A stretch of 53,020 nucleotides of DNA from Chiloscyllium plagiosum (lineage: Eukaryota). This document shows positions 27,022 to 39,600 of the stretch, in pieces (the stretch's first letter is position 1; the number at the start of each line of letters is the position of its first letter). A model generated the notes under the pieces. It did not search any database, was not told the DNA's origin, and saw nothing but the letters and a program-made list of their open reading frames with translations. The stretch spans positions 7,670,473 through 7,723,492 of the forward strand of contig NC_057756.1 in NCBI RefSeq assembly GCF_004010195.1, given 5' to 3'. A program made the position numbers and the translations under genes.

Positions 27022-27521
27022 NNNNNNNNNNNNNNNNNNNNNNNNNNNNNNNNNNNNNNNNNNNNNNNNNNNNNNNNNNNNNNNNNNNNNNNNNNNNNNN
27101 NNNNNNNNNNNNNNNNNNNNNNNNNNNNNNNNNNNNNNNNNNNNNNNNNNNNNNNNNNNNNNNNNNNNNNNNNNNNNNNNNNNNNNNNNNNNNNNNNNNN
27201 NNNNNNNNNNNNNNNNNNNNNNNNNNNNNNNNNNNNNNNNNNNNNNNNNNNNNNNNNNNNNNNNNNNNNNNNNNNNNNNNNNNNNNNNNNNNNNNNNNNN
27301 NNNNNNNNNNNNNNNNNNNNNNNNNNNNNNNNNNNNNNNNNNNNNNNNNNNNNNNNNNNNNNNNNNNNNNNNNNNNNNNNNNNNNNNNNNNNNNNNNNNN
27401 NNNNNNNNNNNNNNNNNNNNNNNNNNNNNNNNNNNNNNNNNNNNNNNNNNNNNNNNNNNNNNNNNNNNNNNNNNNNNNNNNNNNNNNNNNNNNNNNNNNN
27501 NNNNNNNNNNNNNNNNNNNNN
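27022..27521. other. Assembly gap of exactly 500 N (probable scaffolding join)
   Basis: Round size, unlike the other gaps (165, 43, 954, 28 N). Confidence 0.8.
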
Positions 27522-27523
27522 CT

Positions 27524-27529
27524 TTTATT
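27524..27529 (-). promoter_or_regulatory. AATAAA polyadenylation signal of PNLDC1
   Basis: tttatt on + strand, about 75 nt downstream of the stop codon. Confidence 0.65.
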
Positions 27530-27603
27530 GGCGTGAGAGCACAATACATTTCCGTCACCTTCCTGTCTTCCTCAAGAGAATTCGAACAAACCAGAAGTCA
27601 AAC

Positions 27604-27664
27604 CTAAGCAGGTCGGCCCAGGAAGAACACCAGCATTGTGGCAAGAGCCAGCGAGCAACACAGC
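27604..27664 (-). CDS. PNLDC1: PNLDC1 last coding exon: LCCSLALATMLVFFLGRPA* (membrane tail anchor)
   Basis: cccacag acceptor, TAG stop at 27604-27606; colinear with the recalled VCGIVTAWALLAFILGR C-terminus. Confidence 0.85.
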
Positions 27665-30600
27665 CTGTGGGAGGAGCAGAAGACATTAAATAGACAGATG
27701 TTCAATGTGAGGTCAATGCTGAGGGAGCGCCGCACTGTCGGAGGGTCAGTGCTGAGGGAGCGCCGCACTGTCGGAGGGTCAGTGCTGAGGGAGCGCCCAA
27801 CTGTCGGAGGGTCAGTGCTGAGGGAGCGCCGCATTGTCAGAGGGTCAGTGCTGAGGGAGTGGGCACTGTCGGAGGGTCAGTGCTGAGGGAGCGCCGCACT
27901 GCCGGAGGGTCAGTGCTGAGGGAGCGCCATGCTGTCAGACCGTCAGTGCTGAGGGAGCGCCGCACTGTCAGAGGGTCGTATTGAGAGAGCTGTACTTTTG
28001 GAGGGTCAGTACTCTGTGGGGAAGGGGGCTGGATTCCCCTGGAGGAGGTGGCGAATCAGAAAGCAGCAACCCTGCGCCACTGGGAGGGCGGTGGCCACTG
28101 CTGTTACTACAAGGAGAAAGTGAGGTCTGCAGATGCTGGAGATCAGAGCTGGAAATGTGTTGCTGGAAAAGCGCAGCAGGTCAGGCAGCATCCAGGGAAT
28201 AGGAGAGTCGACGTTTCGGGCATAAGCCTGAAGAAGGGCTTATGCCCGAAACGTCGATTCTCCTGTTCCCTGGATGCTGCCTGACCTGCTGCGCTTTTCC
28301 AGCAACACATTTCCAGCTGCTGTTACTACAACCCAACTTGCCAAGATCCAATCAGCCTCTTCTCCCCAAATTAGTCAGGATGTTCGTGGGGCATTGCCAA
28401 CTCCAGCATCATGAGGGGATGGTCTTGTCTCAGGAAGAGCTTGAATCCCCTACTTCCATTCACAATACCTGCCTGAAAGTGCTGGTCACAGTCCCCGAGT
28501 GGGACCAATAGCGATAAGGTTCCACTTGGAAAACAGGATGGGATCGGTAGGTTCGCAAGATCTTCCTGGCCCTGAAACAGAAGGTCATGGGGTCAGACCT
28601 TGGGAATTTAACATTCACCGCGTGTTCTTTATTCACTCACTGACAGGATATGAGTGTGTCACTGGACACACTGACAGAAGTCTCTGTTTACAGAGAGATT
28701 CTCTCCTTGAAAAAGGACATCCCTGATGAAGGGCTTATGCCCGAAACAACGACTCTCCTGCTCCTCAGATGCTGCCTCACCTGCTGTGCTTTTCCAGCAC
28801 CACACTTTTCAACTCTGTTTCGTTCTATCAGGGACAGCGTTTAACAAGGGACTTTCTCCTCTCTCTGTCAAGAGCCCTATTAAAAGAGGAAGTCTCTCTC
28901 TCTGTCTCTCAGGGACCCTATTTAAAAAGGGACTCTCTCCTCTCTATCAGGGACACTGTTTAAGGAGGGAGACTCTCCCTCTGCCAGTACAGTGTTTAAA
29001 GAAGGAATCTCTCTCTCTCAAGGACCCTGTTAAAAGAGGGAGTCTGCCTCTCTCTCTCAGGGACACTGTTTAAAGAGGACACTCACTCTTTCTATCAGAG
29101 ACATTGTTTAAGGAGGGAAACGGACAGTGTTTAAAGAGGTAGACTCTGTCAAGGGCTCTGTTAAAAGAGGGAGTTTTTCTCTCTCTGTGAGGACAGTGTT
29201 TAAAGAGGGAGTCTCTCTCTCTCATTGTCAAGAGCCCTGTTAAAAGATGGAGTCTCCCTCTCTCTCTCAGGGACACTGTTTAAGGAGGGAGACTCTCTCT
29301 CTGCCAGGACAGTGTTTAAAGAGGGAGTCACTCTCTCTCTGTCAGGGACCCTGTTAAAAGAGGGAGTGTCTCTCTCTCTCTGTCAAGAGCCCTGTTAAAA
29401 GAGGGGTTTTCTCTCCCTCTGTCAGGGGCCCTGTTTAAAGAAGGAATCTCGCTCTGTGACGGACCTTAGTAAAGAGGGAGTCCAACTCTCTCTCTCTCTG
29501 CCAGGACAATGTTTAAAGAGGGACGTCTCTCTCTCTTGACACGGGTCCTGTTTAAAAAGGAATGTCTCCCTATGTGAGGGACCCTGGTAAAGAGTGAGTC
29601 CATCTCTCTATCTGTCAAAGGCTCTGTTTAAACAAGAATCTCTCCTGCTGTGTCAGGGATGGTGTTTAAAGAGGGAGTCTCTCCCTGTCAGGTGTCCAGT
29701 TTAAAGGGGGACGACACTGGCTATATTTTCCCCAGCTGACCCCTCCTGATTTTTGACCACTCACCCCTTCCATTCATTTGTGGCGAGCAGGTATTGCCTT
29801 GAACTCTCTTTCCTGACGTCCAGCGAGCAAAATGTGGCAAACTCCTTCGCGATCTCCGCAGGAGTCGAACTCCAGCCTCGACGTACCTTCACCAAAAGGA
29901 TAGGAGGTCGCTCGGCCTGTGGGTCAGGCCCCGAGAGGGACTGGAAAATACAGCATTTACAGCCAGTGTCAACAATCGGCACACCCAGGATAACACTGTG
30001 TTAGAGACGGTGGAAAGCTCCCGCTACACTTAGCTGCCTGTACAGTGATTCATCAAACACACTCAGGACAGAGACAACATTGTGTTAGGAGATGGGACAC
30101 AGAACAATACAGCACAGGAACGGGCCCTTCGGCCCACAATGCTGTGTTGAACAGGACGCCAAATTAAACTAATCCCTGCTGCCTGCCCTTGTTCCATATC
30201 CCACCGTTCCTGCAGACTGAGCTTATCTAAAAGTCTCTTAGAAACGCTCCTGTCGTATCTGCCTCCACCACCACTCTTGGCAGTGGGTTCCACACTCCTA
30301 CCACTCTCTGTGTAAACATCCTGCCCCTCACATCTCCTTTGAACTTTCCCTCCCTCACATTGAACGCATGCCCCCTAAATTTAGACATTTTACTTTGGGA
30401 AAAGCATTCTGACCATCAACCCTATCTGTGCATCTCAGAATTTCATAGACTTTTTTCAAATCGCCCCTCAGCCTCCGTCACTCCAGAGAAAACAACCTGG
30501 GTTTTTTCCTGATTTGGAGATGCTGGCGTTGGACTGGGGTGTTCAAAGTTAAAAATCACACAACACCAGGTTACAGTCCAACAGATTTAATTGGAAGCAC

Positions 30601-33600
30601 TAGCTTTCAGAGTGTTGCTCCTACATCAGGTGGTTGTGGAGGACACAATTGTCAGACACAGAATTTATAGCAAAAGTTTACAGTGTGATGTAACTGAAAT
30701 TATACATTGAAAAATACTTTGATTGTTTGTCAAGTCTCTCATCTGTTAGAATGACCATGATCGTTTCGCTTCTTTCATATGTAAATCACGATTTATTTTT
30801 TAAAAGTTACATTCTCAGGTTAACTTTAACAATTGGTGTCAGCTCAGAAAATATGTTGAAGGTGTTAGCCCCCAGTTAGAGAACACTTCAGTGATCCAGA
30901 ACATTTGACCTCGGACCTTCGGGTGACCATCCTCCAAGGCGGACTTCGGGACAGGCAGCAGCGAGAAGTGGCCAAGCAGAGGCTGATCGCTAAGTTCAGT
31001 ACCCATAGGGAGGGCCTCAACCGGGACCTTGGGTTTATGTCACAGTACAGGTGACCACCATTGCACTATATACACACACACAGACATTCCACACACACAC
31101 ACATACAATCCTATAGACAGACACGCACACAGACACTCCCACACTCACATACGTGGACCCCTTTATACTCTCACACACACACATATACACTCACACAAAC
31201 CCACATGCACACATACACATAGATGTTTGTGGGGTGAATTTGTACTTGCAGAGTTACGTTGTACTTTGCTCAAAAACTGCATGAATCCATGTAAGACTCT
31301 GTTAACTCATTTTTTAGATTAGAATCAATCTAAACATTATGGCACAGACAAACGAACACCAATTGTTACAGTTAACCTGAGAATGTAACTTTTATAAAAA
31401 AAGTTTGTGATTTACATATGAAAGTAGTGAAACTATTATGGTCATTCTAACAGATGAGATACTTAACAAATAATCCAGGTCTTTTTCAATATATAATTTC
31501 AGTTACATCACACTGTAAACTTTTGCTATAAATTCTGTGTCCTATGATCTTATTCTCCACAATCACCTGATGAAGGAGCGTCGCTCCGAAAGCTAGTGTG
31601 CTTCCAATTAAACCTGTTGGACTATAACCTGGTGTTGTGTGATTTGTAACTTTGTTTTTTTCCAGCCTCTCCTTGTAGCTCCTCCTCTCTAACCCAGGCA
31701 GCATCCTGGTAAATCTCTTCTGCACTCTCTCCAAGGCCTCCACATCCTTTCTCTAAGTGTAGCGACCAGAATTGAACGCAATACTCTAAGTGTGGCCTAA
31801 CGAAAGTCTTACAAAACTGCAACATGACATTCTGACCCTTGTACTCAATTTCCTGACCAATAAAGGCAAGCATTCAACACACCTTCCTTACCCCCCCCCC
31901 CCTATCTACTTGAGTGGCTACAGAGTAGATTCAGTAAACAGTAAAGCATCCTCTAGACAAAAACAGAATTAAAGCCTGATGACACGGTCTCCATCAAACA
32001 CTCTCAGGTCAAAAACAGCATGGAGTTAGAGTAAAGCTCCCTCTACTCTATTGAAGTGAAGGTAACGTTTTCCCTACTGTCAAACTGTAAACTTCCCTCT
32101 GCTTCTTTCAACTGAAAGTAAAGCTTTCTCTACTCTTTTGAGCTGCAAGTAAAGCTGCCTCACCACAGTCCCCATCAAACACTCCCAGGAAAGGGACAGC
32201 ACGGGGTTAGATGCAGAGTAAAGCTCCCTCTACACTGTCCCCCATCAAACATTACTAGGACAGGGACAGCACGTGATTAGATACAGAGTAAAGCTCTCTC
32301 TACACTGTCCCCACATCAAACACTCCCAGGACAGGGACAGCACGTGATTAGATAGAGTAAAGCTCCCTCTACACTGTTCCCCATCAACATTCCCACTACA
32401 GGAATAACACAGGGTTAGACACAGATACAAACTCCCTCTACACAATCCCTCCTTCAAACACTCCCAGGACAGGGCCAGCACGGGGTTAGATTCAGAGTAA
32501 AGCTCCCTTTGCTGTGTTCGCCCATCAAATACTCCAGGACGGGACAGCACAGGGTTAGGTACAGAGTAAAGCCTCCTCTACACTGATCCCCCATCAAACA
32601 CTCCCAGGACGGGGACAGCATGGGGTTATATATAGAGTAAAGCTCCCTCTACACTGTCCCCCATCAAACACTCCCAGGACGGGGACAGCATGAGGTTACA
32701 GATACAAACTCCCTCTACACTGTTAATGAATGTGATGTGATAAATCACTTTGCAGTTTTGTCATTCCCTGAATGAAGGTGGACCCAACCTCTGGCGTCTT
32801 GGTTGGTCATGGTGGCAGAGTAGGTTTGTCATGTTGGAGTGAGGCTGCCGTGGAGAGAGCTCAGTTTCTGACATACTGACCCAGGATAGGACAGCTTTAA
32901 TTTGAAGGTTGTGTTGCCTTGTTCTGGGACACACACCAGAGGGAACCGTTCCTCTCCTGATTGACTGTCTGTCCTCATGGTGCCCTTTGAATGGATTTGT
33001 CAAGATCAACGCGGGCTTACAGGGATAGGTTGAGGGGAGTGGGTCTGGGTGGGATGCTCTTCATTTGTGGGGGTGGGTAATGGCCAGAGATCAGTGGGCC
33101 AAAAGTCCCCTTTCTGCTCTGTGGGGATTCTATGAATCCCTTGCTCATCCAAATGAACTCGGAACCTGAGGTGCAGTCTGTGTAAGAGGTCCCTGTTCAT
33201 TCATTTAACCCTTTTAGCTCCCAGGTTCATGTCTGCTGAATCTGCATGACCCCACATCTTTCTGAGGTCAGTCTGCCCTTCCTGTGGCATGCTGCCCAAC
33301 TGCTGATTGGACTTATTCCTGTCTCATGTATCGAGATCCAGTGAAAAGTGTTGTTTTCTGTGTCATCCCAACAAATCACCCCTTGGGTAACAGAATACAA
33401 AGCAGTGTGACAGCTACAGGGAGGCTGCAGAGAAAGACCAACTCTAATAAAAACACTGAAAATCGGTGCAGGAGTAGGCCATTCGGCCCTTCGAACCTGC
33501 CCCACCATTCAATAGGATCATGTCTGACCATGCAATCTCAGTATCCAATTCCCACTTTCTTCCCACACCCATTTGGCGCGGCACGGTGGCTCAGTGGTTA

Positions 33601-36600
33601 GCACTGTTGCCTCACAGCGCCAAGGATCCGGGTTCAATTCCCACCTCAGGCAATTGTCCGTGTGGAGTTTGCACATTCTCCCCTAGTGTCTGTGTGGGTT
33701 TCCTCCCACAATCGAAAGATGTGCAGGTTAGGGTGGATTGGCCATAGTGTTAGGCGCATTCGTCAGGGGTCAGTATAGGGTAAGGGACTAGGTCTGGGTG
33801 GGTTACTCTTCCGACGGTCGGTGTGGACTTGTTGGGCCGAAGGCCCTGTTTCCATACTTGGTCCCTTTAGCTACAAGGGCAATATCCAGCTCCCTCTTGA
33901 ATATATCTAATGAACCAGCCCCAATAGCTTCCTGTGGGAGAGAATTCCACAGGTTCAGAGCTCTCTGAGTGAAGACATTCTTCCTCATTGTTGTCCTGAA
34001 TTGACTTCAGGCTTTTATACGTTTCTATGAGATTATCCCCCTGACCCCTCAGCAAGTACAAGCCCAGAGGATCCAGGCTTTCTGCAGATGTCAGTCCTGC
34101 CATTCCAGGGATCAGTCTGGTGAACCTTCGCTGGACTCCTTCAGGAGCAAGAATGGCCTTCCTCAGACTAGGAGACCAAAACTGCACACAAGGTGTGGCC
34201 TCACCAAGGCCCTGGATAACTGCAGCAAGACCTCCTAACTCTGATACTCAAATCCTCTCGCTACGAAGGCCAGCATTAGCTTTCCCTGCTGTGCCTGCAT
34301 GCCAACCTTCAGCGACTGTTCCACCATGACCCCCCAGGCCCCGCTGCACCTCACTTTTTCCTAAACTGCCACCATTCAGATAACAATCTGCCTTCCTGCT
34401 TTTGCCACCTAACTGAATAACCTCACATGTATCCACATTATACTGCATTTTCCAAGTAGTTGCCCACTCAGCCAGCCTGTCCAAGTCACGCTGCATCCTC
34501 CTCACAGCACACACTGCCACCCAGCTTAGTGTCATCTGCAAATTTGGCGATACGGCATTCAATTCCTTCATCCAACTTGTTAATGTATATTATGAACAGC
34601 TGGGGTCACAGCACTGAACCGTGCGGTATCCCACTCCTCACTTCCTGCCATTCTGAAAAGGACCAGTTTATTTCAAATCTCTTCTTCCTGTCTGCCAACC
34701 AGCTCTCTATCCATGTCAATACATTGAGCTTTAATTTTCCTGACTAATCTCTTGTGCGGAACATCGTCAAAAGCCTTTTGGAAGTCCAGATATACAACAT
34801 TCACTGATTTATTCTTGTCTACTCTACTGGTCACATGCTCAAAACACGCCGAAAGATTTGTCAAGCACAATATCCTTTTAGTGAATCCATGCTGACTAGG
34901 CCCGATTCTGTCACTGCTTTACAAATGCTCAGTTATTACATCCTTAACAATTGACTCCAGCAATTTCCACGCCACCAATAGCAGGCTGCCTGGCCTATAA
35001 TTCCCTGTTTTCTCTTTCCCTCCTTTTTGTAAAAATGGAGTTACATTAGTTCCCCTCCAGTCCTTTGGGACTCTTCCAAGGTCTATAGAATGCTGGGAAA
35101 TGATCACCAATACATCCACTGTTTCTAAGGTCACTTCCTTAAGTACTCTGAGACACAGAGGTCATGTCCAATTTTAATCCCAATCTCCCCAATATCATTT
35201 CCTGACTAATAAGGATTTCCTTCATCTTCTTCCTCATGCTCTACTCTCTGGCCCCTAGCATTTCCGGAAGGTTACTTATGTCCTGCTTAGTGAGAGCAGA
35301 TCCAAAGTATTTATTTAACTGTGATGTGGAGGAGCCAGTGTTGGACTAGGGTGGGATAATGTTAAAAATCTCACAACACCAGGTTATAGTCCAACAGCTT
35401 TATTTGGAAGCACTAGCTTTCAGAGCGACGCTCCTTCATCAGGAAGCTGGGGAGCTAGTGCTTCCAAATAAACCTGTTGGATTATAACCTGGTGCTGTGT
35501 GATTAACTTTGTCCACCCCAGTCCAACACCGGCTCCTTCACCTCATGGCTACCACTAACCGCGTTCTCAAAGTGGAGAGGATTTCAAAGGAAATTGCACA
35601 TCTCGAGACATCAAAGTGCCCCACAGCTCCCTGAAGGAGGAGCAATGCTCCCATAACGAGTGCTTCCAAATAAACCTGTTGGACTATAACCTGGGTGTTG
35701 TGCGACTTTTAACTTTGTTCAAGGTCCGTTCATTAGTCTGATACCAGCGGGGAAGAAGCTGTTCATGAATCTGTTGGTACTTGTTTTCGAACTTTTATAT
35801 CTTCTGCCGGATGGAAGAGGGAGGAAGGGAGTAACCCGGGTTGGGAGGGGTCCTTGATTATTTTGGCTGCTTTCCCGAGACAGCGGTAAGTGTGGATGGA
35901 GTCGGTGGAAGGAAGGCTGGTTAGCGTGATGGGCTGGGCTGGGCTGTGTTTACAGCTCTCTGAGATTTCTAGCAGTCTTAGACAGAGCGATTGCCATTCC
36001 AAACTGCGATGCCATCTGGATAGGATGTTTGCTTGATGCTTCTGTAAGAATTGGTGTTCCAGTGTTTTGGGGAAGGAGAGAGGGCGGTAGGGTGTAGCCA
36101 GAGAGCTCCGTGTGTTTCGGATTGCACCCACATCCCGTTCCCGCGCGCTCCTGGACTCACCGTGAAGGAGACACGTGCTCTGATCATATTGACATTGTTC
36201 TCGTACGGCTTGAGTAGATCCAGATACTCCCCAATCCGTGGGGTTCGGGGATCAAAGAGGCTAGAGGAGGGGGGGGGGGGGGGGGGGAGGAAGAGAGACA
36301 GAAAAGGTCAGTGGGGAAGGAGATGAAGGTGATAGGTCAGGGAGGAGAGGGTGGAGGATAAAGTCCCATCACCATGCTTATGGTGCTGCCCCCCCTCCCG
36401 TCTCCGCGAGGGTCACCTGTTTGCAGGGAGGTTGACAGGGATTGAGTATTGTGGGAGCAGAATGACTGCGTCGGCTGGCACACAGTGTCCAATGGACCAG
36501 TGTGGGAAAGTGTGAGGGTATGCGCTCTGGCAGGAAGGACAGAGAGTAGACTATTTTCCACCCTGTATCTGAGGAAGGACATGCTGGTGTTGGAAGAGGT

Positions 36601-39600
36601 TCATAGGAGGTTAACAAGAATGACCCCAGGGTTGAAGGACTTGTCATTAGAGGTGTGGTTGGGGACTCTAGGTCTGCAGCCAATGGAGTTCAGAAGGATT
36701 AGAGGTGATCTCACTGAAACTGGGAAGCGAGTCTCGTAAGTGTGTAAGAATTGCAGGAGAGAGACACAGAGAGAGAGAGAGAGAGCATGAGTGCGGGAGT
36801 GAGACAGCGAGAGCGTGAGCAAGTGTCCTTGATGCACATGAGAGGGACGGGACAAGTGTCTCTGACTGTTCGCTTGTGATGGCCGGACCTACCTGCTCTG
36901 ATGGGTCAGCAGCAGCTGGGCCAACTGCAGCAAGACTGTAAAGAGGATGGAGACATGTTAATCTTCGCCTTCCGTCTCCCCACCAACCCATCACGTCTGC
37001 TGACAACGCTCCCCCCGCCCTGCCGCCTCTCCCCACAACTCTGGGAGCAGGGAGCCCTGGTTCCTGTTGTGAGAGACCGGGAAGGAGTGCAGACTGAAAA
37101 CCCAGTGTGCAGCGGAGCAGGCTCGCTATCGCACTGCCCTCCATCTCTCGAGACTCAACAGCGGACTGAAAACCTCACTTGTGAATGAAGCCTTCCCTGC
37201 CCCTTGTCCCATGCTCCCTCTCTCCCTCTCTCTCTCCCTCTCTCCCAAGAGGAAACAAGCTGACCGTAGAGTTTTTACAGCACAAAGACCGGCCTTTCGG
37301 TCTGCCACATCCAAGCCAGTCATCAAGCTCCTATTTATTCTAACCTCACAGCCTTGCGTGCTCAGGCATTTTACGTGGTCATATAAATATTTAAGAACCA
37401 TGCAGCACGGAAATAGACCCTTCGGCCCTCATCCAAGCCGACCAGGTTTCCTAAACTGAACTAGTCCCATTTGCCTGCATGTGGCCCATATCCATCTAAA
37501 CCTTTCCTGCCGACATACCCATCCAGATGCCTTTTAAATGTAGTAATTGTACCAGCCTCCACCACTTCCTCTGCCAGCTCATTCCATACACGCACCACCC
37601 CTCACCGTGAAACAGTTGCCTCCCCAGTGCTTTTTAAATCCTTCCCCATCCAACTCTGGGGAAAGGACCCTGGCTATTCACCTTATTTACACCTCTCATA
37701 TTTTTGTTAACCTCTACTAAGGTCACCCCTCAGCCTCACATGCTCCAGCCTATCCAGACTCTCCTTATGACTCAAAGCCTCCAGGGTCAGTAACTTCCTT
37801 GTAAATGTTTTCTGCACCCTTTCTGATTTCATAATATCCTTCCTAAAGCAGGGTGACCAGGACCTGTATGCATTCTTCCAAAAGTGGCCTCACCAGTGTC
37901 CTGTCTCTGTACTCAATGCTCTGACCGATGAAGGCAAGTGTGCCGAATGCCTTCCCTACCACTGCCTACCCCTGACACATTCTCAAGGAGCTACGTACCC
38001 AAAGCCCTCGCTCTCTCGGTTCGATAATACTCCCCAGGGCTCTACCATGAAGTGTATGAGTCCTGCCCTGGTTTGTCTGACCAAAATGCGACCCCTCGCA
38101 TTTATTTAAATTAGACTGTATCTGCCACTCCCTACAGCTGATCAACATCCTGCTGTACTCTGAGGTAACCTTCTTCACACTCTATTATACCACCAATTGT
38201 GCTGTCATCCACAAACTTACTAACCATGACTCCTGTATTCTTATCCAGATCATTGCTAAGTGGACCCAGCACCAGTCCCTGTGGAACACTGCTGATCATA
38301 GGCCTCCAGTCTGACAAACAAGTCACTCCGCTGCTTGGAGCGGAGAGCATGGTTCTGGCTCCATATACCTCCTATATTACACACATGGAGCACTGTGCAG
38401 AGTTCTGTATATCTTGGTAAGATCACATCTGGAACAGTGCGCACAGTTCCGGGTCTCCGTATTTATAAAAGGGCAGAGATTTATTTTATTAAAGGCAAAG
38501 ATTTTGATGCAAGTGCAAAAAAAGTTTGCTGAGACACCCCGGACATGGTGAGGTCAGAGGAAGAGAGAACAGACCAGACCTCTTGAAGTAGGCAGAAAGT
38601 ATGCCCTTTAAGATGAGAAAGGGCACTCGCTATAGCAGGGAGGGGTGGAGATAAATAATATTGGCACACTGAAGGGAGGAGAAAGTGAGGGCTGCAGATG
38701 CTGGAGATCAGAGCTGAAATTGTGTTGCTGGAAATGCGCAGCAGGTCAGGCAGCATCCAAGGAGCAGGAGAATCGACGTTTCGGGCATGAGCCCTTCTTC
38801 AGGAATGAGGAAAGTGTGTCCAGCAGGCTAAGATAAAAGGTAGGGAGGAGGGACTTGGGGGAGGGGCGTCGGAAATGCAATAGGTGGAAGGAGGTTAAGG
38901 TGAGGGTGATAGGTCANNNNNNNNNNNNNNNNNNNNNNNNNNNNNNNNNNNNNNNNNNNNNNNNNNNNNNNNNNNNNNNNNNNNNNNNNNNNNNNNNNNN
39001 NNNNNNNNNNNNNNNNNNNNNNNNNNNNNNNNNNNNNNNNNNNNNNNNNNNNNNNNNNNNNNNNNNNNNNNNNNNNNNNNNNNNNNNNNNNNNNNNNNNN
39101 NNNNNNNNNNNNNNNNNNNNNNNNNNNNNNNNNNNNNNNNNNNNNNNNNNNNNNNNNNNNNNNNNNNNNNNNNNNNNNNNNNNNNNNNNNNNNNNNNNNN
39201 NNNNNNNNNNNNNNNNNNNNNNNNNNNNNNNNNNNNNNNNNNNNNNNNNNNNNNNNNNNNNNNNNNNNNNNNNNNNNNNNNNNNNNNNNNNNNNNNNNNN
39301 NNNNNNNNNNNNNNNNNNNNNNNNNNNNNNNNNNNNNNNNNNNNNNNNNNNNNNNNNNNNNNNNNNNNNNNNNNNNNNNNNNNNNNNNNNNNNNNNNNNN
39401 NNNNNNNNNNNNNNNNNNNNNNNNNNNNNNNNNNNNNNNNNNNNNNNNNNNNNNNNNNNNNNNNNNNNNNNNNNNNNNNNNNNNNNNNNNNNNNNNNNNN
39501 NNNNNNNNNNNNNNNNNNNNNNNNNNNNNNNNNNNNNNNNNNNNNNNNNNNNNNNNNNNNNNNNNNNNNNNNNNNNNNNNNNNNNNNNNNNNNNNNNNNN

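Larger units (their letters stand above)
30095..31915 (-). mobile_element. CR1 3' fragment split by a Penelope-like insertion
   Basis: RPHLEYCVQFWS, ALERVQKRFTRMLPGL; sequence resumes across 30509/31664. Confidence 0.85.

Noticed and set aside
38330-38640. Additional PNLDC1 exon candidates
   Set aside because: Exons 40103-40156 and 36893-36935 already join in frame and match the family without them.
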